Assembly (NCBI GenBank): GCA_963752595.1
Contig: CAVVYZ010000002.1
Span: 160,001 to 224,000, forward strand
Reading direction: 5' to 3'
DNA: 64,000 nucleotides
Source of the DNA: an uncultured delta proteobacterium
GTDB taxonomy: Bacteria > Desulfobacterota > Desulfomonilia > UBA1062
Positions 57,665 to 64,000 of the stretch are shown piece by piece. The position numbers and the translations under genes are program-made. Numbering within the stretch: the stretch's first letter is position 1; each line of letters begins with the position of its first letter. The notes below the pieces were generated by a model. That model saw only the letters and a list, made by a program, of their open reading frames with translations, searched no databases and was not told where the DNA came from.

Positions 57665-58369
57665 TTATCTCTTTGTCTGCATGACCAGGTGTGCGCCGTA
57701 GAGGGACACGAAGATCACACTGGCAAAATAGAGCAGGTCGCGCGAGTCGATGATGCCCTTCGAGATGTTCTCGAAATGGGAGCTCGCGGCGAGGTAGGTG
57801 AAGGCCTCGACGATCCGGTTGGGAAAGAAGAAGACCATCCTGTCGAAGAGCGTGAGCGTAAAGCAGATGATCATGCCCACGATGCATGCCACGATCTGGT
57901 TGCGGGTGAGCGCCGAGGCGAACACGCCGACAGCGCTGAATGCAGCGCCGAGGAGCACCGCGCCCAGGTAGCCGCCGATCACCGGGCCCCAGTCGAGGTC
58001 GCCGATGAAGGTTATGCTCAAGGCATAGGCGAGGGTGGGGACGAGCATGATGGCGGCAAAGGCAGCGCCTGCCAGAAATTTGCCGACGATCACGTCATTG
58101 AGCCTCACCGGAAGCGTGAGCAGCATCTCGTAGCTGCCGGTGTGGAGCTCTTCGGCAAAGAGCCGCATGGTCACCGCCGGGATTACGAGGGCAAAGGTCA
58201 GCGGCAGCAGGTTGAAGAAGCTTCTCAAGTTCGCCTCGGAAAAGATGAAGAATGTGGCGAAGAAGAACCACCCGGTGACGAGCAGAAAGATGCAGATCAC
58301 GATATAGCCGATGGGAGAGATGAAATAATCCCGTATTTCCTTTTTAAAGATATTCAGAACCTGGGGCAT
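57665..58369 (-). CDS. GldF-like ABC transporter permease
   Basis: KKE..YF.SPIGY, TMRLFAEE..GSYEMLLTLP, T.NQIVA. Confidence 0.9.
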   Translation of the reverse strand: MPQVLNIFKKEIRDYFISPIGYIVICIFLLVTGWFFFATFFIFSEANLRSFFNLLPLTFALVIPAVTMRLFAEELHTGSYEMLLTLPVRLNDVIVGKFLAGAAFAAIMLVPTLAYALSITFIGDLDWGPVIGGYLGAVLLGAAFSAVGVFASALTRNQIVACIVGMIICFTLTLFDRMVFFFPNRIVEAFTYLAASSHFENISKGIIDSRDLLYFASVIFVSLYGAHLVMQTKR

Positions 58370-58373
58370 GGTT

Positions 58374-59312
58374 TTAAGCCTCCTTTGTGAGGTCGCGGAA
58401 GATGTTCTCAAGAGACTTGACCTCCTGGGTGAACTCCACGAGGACCCAGTCCGTATCCTTGACGCAGGCAAAGATCCTTTCCTGCAGATCGTCAGCACTG
58501 TCGGACACGATCTTGAGCCGCAGCTTGTCGGGCTCGGTTGCTTCGAGATTCTCGACCTTGCTCACGCCCTCGATCGCGCCGAGCTTTCTCAGGGCCGTAT
58601 CAAGGTCTGCCTTGAGCAGGGTGATGTTGATGATCTTCTCTTCGCCGTGGCTCTTCCTGAGGGATTCGGTGCTGCCGTCTGCAACGATCCTGCCCTTGTC
58701 GAGGATCACGATGCGGTCGCAGGTGGCCTCGGCCTCGCTCAGGATGTGGGTGGAGAGGATGATGGTCTTTTCCTTGCCGAAGCTGCGGATGATGTCCCTG
58801 ATCTCCACGATCTGGTTCGGGTCGAGGCCCGAGGTCGGCTCGTCGAGGATGAGGATTTCCGGGTCTTCCATCATGGCGTGCGCCAGGCCGACCCGCTGCT
58901 TGAGGCCTTTCGAGAGCTCGCCGATGGGCTTGTGCATGATGCCGCCCAGGCCGCAGAGATCGGCCAGCTCGTGGATGCGCCCTATCTTCCTCTTGCTGTC
59001 CAGGCCCCGGATTTCCCCGATATAATCGAGGTAGTCATAGACCAGCATGCCGTGATACAGCGGGGCGGATTCGGGAAGGTAGCCGATGAGCTTCTTGATA
59101 TCGAGCAGGTTGTCATCGATGGAATAGTCATTGATCCGGATGATGCCGGACGTCGGCTCGAGGTAGCCCGTGAGCATCCGAAGCGTCGTTGTCTTGCCTG
59201 CGCCGTTGGGCCCCAAGAGCCCTGTGATCTCCCCCTTGGAAACATCGAGGTTGATCTGATCCACAGCACAGAAATCGCCGTAATACTTGGTCAGCTTTTC
59301 CACATGGATCAT
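58374..59312 (-). CDS. GldA-like ABC transporter ATP-binding protein
   Basis: GPNGAGKTT, LSKG.KQRVGLA, ILDEPTSGLDP. Confidence 0.95.
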   Translation of the reverse strand: MIHVEKLTKYYGDFCAVDQINLDVSKGEITGLLGPNGAGKTTTLRMLTGYLEPTSGIIRINDYSIDDNLLDIKKLIGYLPESAPLYHGMLVYDYLDYIGEIRGLDSKRKIGRIHELADLCGLGGIMHKPIGELSKGLKQRVGLAHAMMEDPEILILDEPTSGLDPNQIVEIRDIIRSFGKEKTIILSTHILSEAEATCDRIVILDKGRIVADGSTESLRKSHGEEKIINITLLKADLDTALRKLGAIEGVSKVENLEATEPDKLRLKIVSDSADDLQERIFACVKDTDWVLVEFTQEVKSLENIFRDLTKEA

Positions 59313-59780
59313 CGAAGTCCTCCTTATATGTTAACCCCTCAAGATGCGTATATGCGGTATTGAACTTTGCCCTGATAACAAAACCAGGTGAACTGGGGCT
59401 ATGATAAAGAAAATTTCACTGGGTTTGTCAAGCCCTGATAGACTACATTCGTCTTCTTTTCAAGGCCGGAAAAGCTCTTTGCCTGCAACCCCGGATGAAT
59501 ATACAAGGAATTCATATACCGGATTCAAAAGGGCTGCACACCGGGAAATTTCCATAAGCAGCATTTATAATTGCTGTAATTTCTTGACATAAAAGAAACG
59601 ATTGGACATAATGCAATGGAATACATCATGAATTGCATCAATTGAAATGGGGGCTGTTCTCTTCTCGAAACATTTCTTCACCTGTCCGGGACGGAGTCTG
59701 CCGTTATTATCCCGCCCGGTTTCAATCCTCACCGGCAGGGGAATAGATGGTGAATGGAGCTTTTTCTTGAATCGATGCAT

Positions 59781-60141
59781 TCATAAATGGTCCAGAGGGC
59801 TTGTGAGTTTCGCAAGGTCTTTCTGCATCACATGGGTATAAATTTCATATACAAGGCTTCTTTCGAAATCGAGGTCCTGGACCTGGAGGCGGATACACTC
59901 CATGAGTCTGAGCCCGCATCCATAGAACATTAAGGTGACTTAAAAAGGCATCGATATGTATTTTCCCCATATTCAAAGGGTGGGTTTTACTCCCATGAAA
60001 TTTGATGTACCGAAGGACCCACTCGCAGTAAGTCTGTTCGGTGCGATAGGCATAATGATGGTAACGCAGCACCTGGCGCACCTGATCCATCAATTTCAAT
60101 TTAGGATCGGGGATAAACTTCTTAATGCCATTATTTTCCAT
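59781..60141 (-). pseudogene. intI: Integron integrase relic with two internal deletions
   Basis: KLMDQVR..LR..HY..RTE.TY..W N-terminus, then in the +1 frame FYGCGLRLMECIRL.VQDLDF fused directly to EIYTHV..SPLD.L*. Confidence 0.9.
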
Positions 60142-60247
60142 GCTACCTATAAATTAACCGGCATACATGGAAAATACAATGTGCCGTTTTCCATGTTTTA
60201 TCATTGAATATGAGTTTAGATGGAAAATAATCCTTTTTATAAAGGCA

Positions 60248-60284
60248 ATAGGTGGGAAATTTCCATCTATTGAGACTGTTCGGC
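60248..60284 (+). other. Candidate attI region
   Basis: GTTCGGC core-like site at 60278 between the divergent intI and the cassette ORF, preceded by an imperfect palindrome. Confidence 0.45.
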
Positions 60285-60298
60285 AAAGCAGCTGAATC

Positions 60299-62458
60299 AT
60301 GAGCTGGATATGAAGATTTCTCCATCGAAAGAAACGGGATGTACCCAAAGAAGACGGTGAATTGAAGCCGATTGCGGTCCCGGTTCGCAAAAGCAACGTA
60401 AGCATAGCTGCAGATAATCCAATCCAAAATCCTGAAGAAGATGCTCTAGGTCGAACCAGATCTGCCCAATCTTTCGCAAAGCAGGTCTTGTCGCTTGATT
60501 CAACAGAAGGTTTTGTCGTCGGCGTGTTGGGACCATGGGGTTCAGGAAAAACATCTTTTATCAACCTTGCTAGCGGGTACTTAAAGGACTACGGCGTCAC
60601 GCTACTAGATTTCAACCCTTGGATGTTCAGCGGAGCGGAGCAACTTATCGAAGCATTCTTCGTGGAACTCTCCGCGCAACTGAAGGTAAACCAAGATTTC
60701 GCGAAATTGGTAAGCTCCTAGAGGAATATGGCGAGAGTTTCTCTGGCTTGGGGTGGTTGCCTCTTGTCGGACCATGGGTTGAACGTGGCCAAGCCGCTAC
60801 AAAGGTTCTTGCTAAACTCCTTCAGCGTAAAAGGAAGGAATACGTGCTCGTCGGTCAAAAATTCACAAAGCTCTTGCATCCTTTGATAAGCCCATCGTTG
60901 TAATTCTTGATGATATTGATCGTTTAACATCTGTAGAAATCAGAGATGTCTTTAAACTCGTTCGGCTAACAGCAAACTTCCCTAACGTCATTTACCTTTT
61001 GGCTTTCGATCGGATTCGCGTCGAAGAGGCACTTAGGGAGCAAGGATTTCCGGGTCGTGACTCCTAGAGAAAATTCTGCAGATTGGGGTTGATCTTCCGG
61101 CAGTGTCTGCAGATGTATTGAACTCTCAAATCTTCAAGTCGATAGATGCTTCACTTGCTACCATTGAGAATCCAGGGCAGTTTGACCAGAATATTTGGCC
61201 TGATGTATTTATGGAGGTTATTCGGCCACTAATTCGGAACATACGAGATGTACGTCGTTATGTGGCCGCCATCCACGGCACCGTTCGGGATTTGGGTGGA
61301 CAAGTGGCTCTTGTGGATGTGCTAGCACTCGAAGCTATCCGTGTCTTCCTACCTGACGTCTTCAGTAGTATCTATAGAGCAGTGGATGGCCTTACTAGAA
61401 CCTCGGAAGGCTATGGAGGGTCATGACGACCCTCAGCATCTCAAACAACAGATTGACGGATTGATTAATGTGGCTGGCGAGCGTGGGGAGATTGTTCACT
61501 CGCTTATTCAGAGACTGTTTCCGGAGTTCAACGGCACATCGGCGGATCTCACTACAGTGGTGATTTGAAGAACCGTTGGCTTAGGGAGCGACGTATAGCC
61601 CATGAAGAAGTGCTTCGTCTTTATTTGGAGCGCGTTGTTGGAGAACGTCTCCAGGCCTTTATGGACGCAGAGAAGGCTTGGGAAAAGATGACAGATCGCG
61701 ATGCCCTTGAAAGTTATCTACGCTCGCTGGAACCTGAACGCCTGCAGGATGTTATTTCGTCACTCGAAACTTACGAGGATCAGTTCGGGCCTGAGCATGT
61801 GGTTCCAGCAACTGTAGTCCTGCTAAATATGTTGCCTGTTCTACCAGAACGACAGCTCGGATTTCTCGACTTAGATACCAGACTTGTCGTCGGAAGGGTG
61901 GTCTACAGGCTCATCCGCGCGATCAAGGACCCTCAAGCAGTAGAGTCTGCGGTGCGAGAGATCCTACCTCAAGTTCAGTCGCTATCCTCACAACTAGAAC
62001 TAATCACTGACGTTGGTTACCGAGAAGGGGCGGGTCACAAACTCGTGTCGGAATCCGCGGCAAGGACGTTAGAGAAGGAATGGCGAGCTAGAGTTCGTGC
62101 AGCCAGTGAAGACACGCTTGCGGGTGAAAAGGAACTCCTGAGAACCTTGATCGTCACCAAGAAAGAGGCTGAACCTGACGAACCTGATCTTGCGGTTCCC
62201 GAATCTCCCCGCGTGACATACGCACTACTGCGGTCAGCGAGGAGCGAAGTGCGGAGTCAGCCAATGGGAAGTCGGGCTGTACGCCGGTCTCCTCGACTAG
62301 CGTGGAATGTGCTAGTTGAGCTATATGGTGACGAAGCGCTCTTACGTCAGTGTATCGAGAAATTGAAGTCTTCACAGCCCGACGAAGCGTGTGATTTATT
62401 ACAGCTTGTCGAGAAGTACCTTAGCGGCTGGCGTCCCAGTGACTTCGGTGATGAATGA
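60299..62458 (+). pseudogene. KAP family P-loop NTPase gene cassette, disrupted by an early stop and several frameshifts
   Basis: DALGR, GPWGSGKTS, FNPWMFS, VILDDIDRL, YLLAFD, LEKI.Q and NIRDVRRY across frames; in-frame TGA at 60311. Confidence 0.88.
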
Positions 62459-62472
62459 TATGTGTCAGAGTT

Positions 62473-62479
62473 ACCTAAC
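62473..62479 (+). other. R'' box of an interrupted attC site
   Basis: ACCTAAC (RYYYAAC) 15 nt after the cassette stop codon; rest of the site replaced by the IS end. Confidence 0.6.
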
Positions 62480-62519
62480 ACTTATAAGGCCTCCTCTTGT
62501 CAATAGATAAAACTTCCCC

Positions 62520-63050
62520 GAGACGAAAACGTTTTTCATTTTTCGTCTGCATGTGTGTCTATTGGCAAGACACTTCTGAACGGTGAGAGTTTCTTTTTTC
62601 CGTTCAACCATATCGCTCTTTGTCGGCTGCTCTGGCTTTGGTTTCATCAAGGGGTGCCAGGGAAATCAAATCCTGCACCAAACACTTATTGAGGTTCTTT
62701 TCATCATTCTTGCAAGCGGGTGGTTGCTCCCTCTACGAGAAGAATGCGACCTAGAAACAATGCTGTTCTCCCTCGTGCCGTCCCAGTCAAAAGCCGGGGT
62801 GTTGTTCTCCCCAGTTAGGCTGCGGGCTCGGGTAAGGGGCAGAACCTGACCAACAAGAGCTTGTATTGTTATGAAGGAGCGAGACGGATCTCCAATCAAA
62901 AGCAGTTGGCTGCCGGGTATCAATCGGGCACATCCTTTTTCCAGCACTCTTATGGTGCAAGGATATTCTATTCCTTTCCTGATCAAGGCGAATGCGTGCT
63001 CCATTCCCATATGGCTCCAGTTAGGCGTCGGACTGATCCGTCTCCTCCAA
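62520..63050 (-). ncRNA. Putative bridge/seek RNA of the IS110 element
   Basis: Multiple stems, a duplicated GCCTAACTGG...GCTTTTGAYTGG module, and a loop matching the insertion junction. Confidence 0.6.
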
Positions 63051-63054
63051 TCTT

Positions 63055-64000
63055 TCAGTGGCTCAGGAATTTGTCCTGATCGAAAGCCACCTTGTTTTTC
63101 AGCATGTAATAGGCAGCTCTTCCGAGCTTGTGGGCCAGGATCGAGAGCGCTTTTCCTTTTCCGTGTTTCTGGGCAAGCCGGTCGAGGTATTTCTTCGCGG
63201 GCTCATTGCCCTTGATGAAGAGCACCGATGCTTCACTGAAAGCCCACTTCAGGTGAGCATTGCCGATCTTCTTGCCGCCGGTTCCATAGCTTTTGCCATT
63301 GGATTCTTTTTTGCATTTCACCAGACGGGCATATGAGGCAAAGTCCTGGACGGTTTCGAATCGATCGATGGTCTCTATTTCATAGAGCATGACTAGGGCG
63401 AGGATTCTGCCCACTCCCGGAATGGTTTGCAGGAGAGTGATAGGAAAGGGCGTCGTGTCCATTGGCGGTCTTGATGATCTCCCGCTCAAGCGGGATGAGG
63501 ATGCGGTCATAGGCTTCGATCATGGCGAGATCGACTTCCATGTTCTTCCTCACACTGGGATCGTCGAATCGCTCTGCAACGCCGCTTCTGTTCTGTGGCT
63601 TGGCGATGCGGCCGAGAGGATCCGGCAGGTTGTACTGGCTGTTGGTGTTCTGGATATGGGCAAAGAGCTCTGCCCTCTTCCTCACCAGATGATTCCGCCG
63701 CCTGAGAAGATCCCTGGTGGCGCGCATCTTTGCCGGGTAGACATATGCCTGGGGCAGCATGCCGCCCCTGAGCAGCACGGCGATCTTATGGGAGTCGATC
63801 TTGTCGTTCTTGCTCTTGCCGCCATGGATCGCTTTCATATAGAGCGCATGCCCCAGGACAAAGGGAATTCCCTCCTGCGCGCACAGGTCGGCCACCCAGT
63901 ACCAGGTGAACATGCACTCCGCAGCCACCACGATGTCCTCCCGAAAGGGAGCGATGAGCTCGAGAAAAGCTCGGGATCCGTATTCAGGTTCCGGTGAGCC
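63055..64000 (-). CDS. IS110 family transposase (5' partial; frameshifts near 63450 and 63968)
   Basis: AECMFTWYW, KNDKIDS, L.TIPGVG, FASYARL...ESNGK, GNAHLKWAF. Confidence 0.93.

Larger units (their letters stand above)
62480..64000 (-). mobile_element. IS110 family insertion sequence (left end outside window)
   Basis: Transposase plus long 3' non-coding region ending in an outward-facing TTGACA (62503-62498); exact boundary uncertain by a few nt. Confidence 0.88.

Noticed and set aside
59677-59754. GTTTCAATCC (59719-59728), resembling the start of a CRISPR repeat, within a GC-rich foldable stretch
   Set aside because: Single copy, no spacers and no cas genes; at most a hairpin downstream of intI
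62811-63026. The two GTTAGGC motifs as R' boxes of further attC sites
   Set aside because: They lack paired R''/L boxes at attC spacing and lie inside the IS end, within a duplicated RNA-like module
62583-63215. Small ORFs in the IS110 3' region
   Set aside because: No recognisable domains; they overlap a region better explained as structured RNA

Overview
Bacterial chromosomal window, most likely from a deltaproteobacterium (Desulfobacterota-like; inferred from gene content and order). The first ~59 kb is mostly housekeeping and metabolism: rpsB-tsf-pyrH-frr, mrp, a large GH13, purF-like, guaA, dapF/dapL, leuB, a 2-hydroxyacyl-CoA dehydratase pair, ilvBNC-psd-pssA-leuCD-asd-like, pyk, rnhA, dinB and a Gld-like ABC system. 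Many conserved genes carry frameshifts that look like assembly errors. The last ~4.3 kb is an accessory locus. It holds an integron whose integrase has been cut to a 361-nt relic by two internal deletions, a candidate attI, and a disrupted KAP-family NTPase cassette. An IS110-family element sits directly at the R'' box of that cassette's presumed attC. The element's ~570-nt 3' non-coding region contains two copies of a stem-loop module carrying the integron core motif GCCTAAC, plus a third loop matching the element/target junction. This is a candidate multi-loop, attC-targeting bridge/seek RNA and the most interesting signal in the window.
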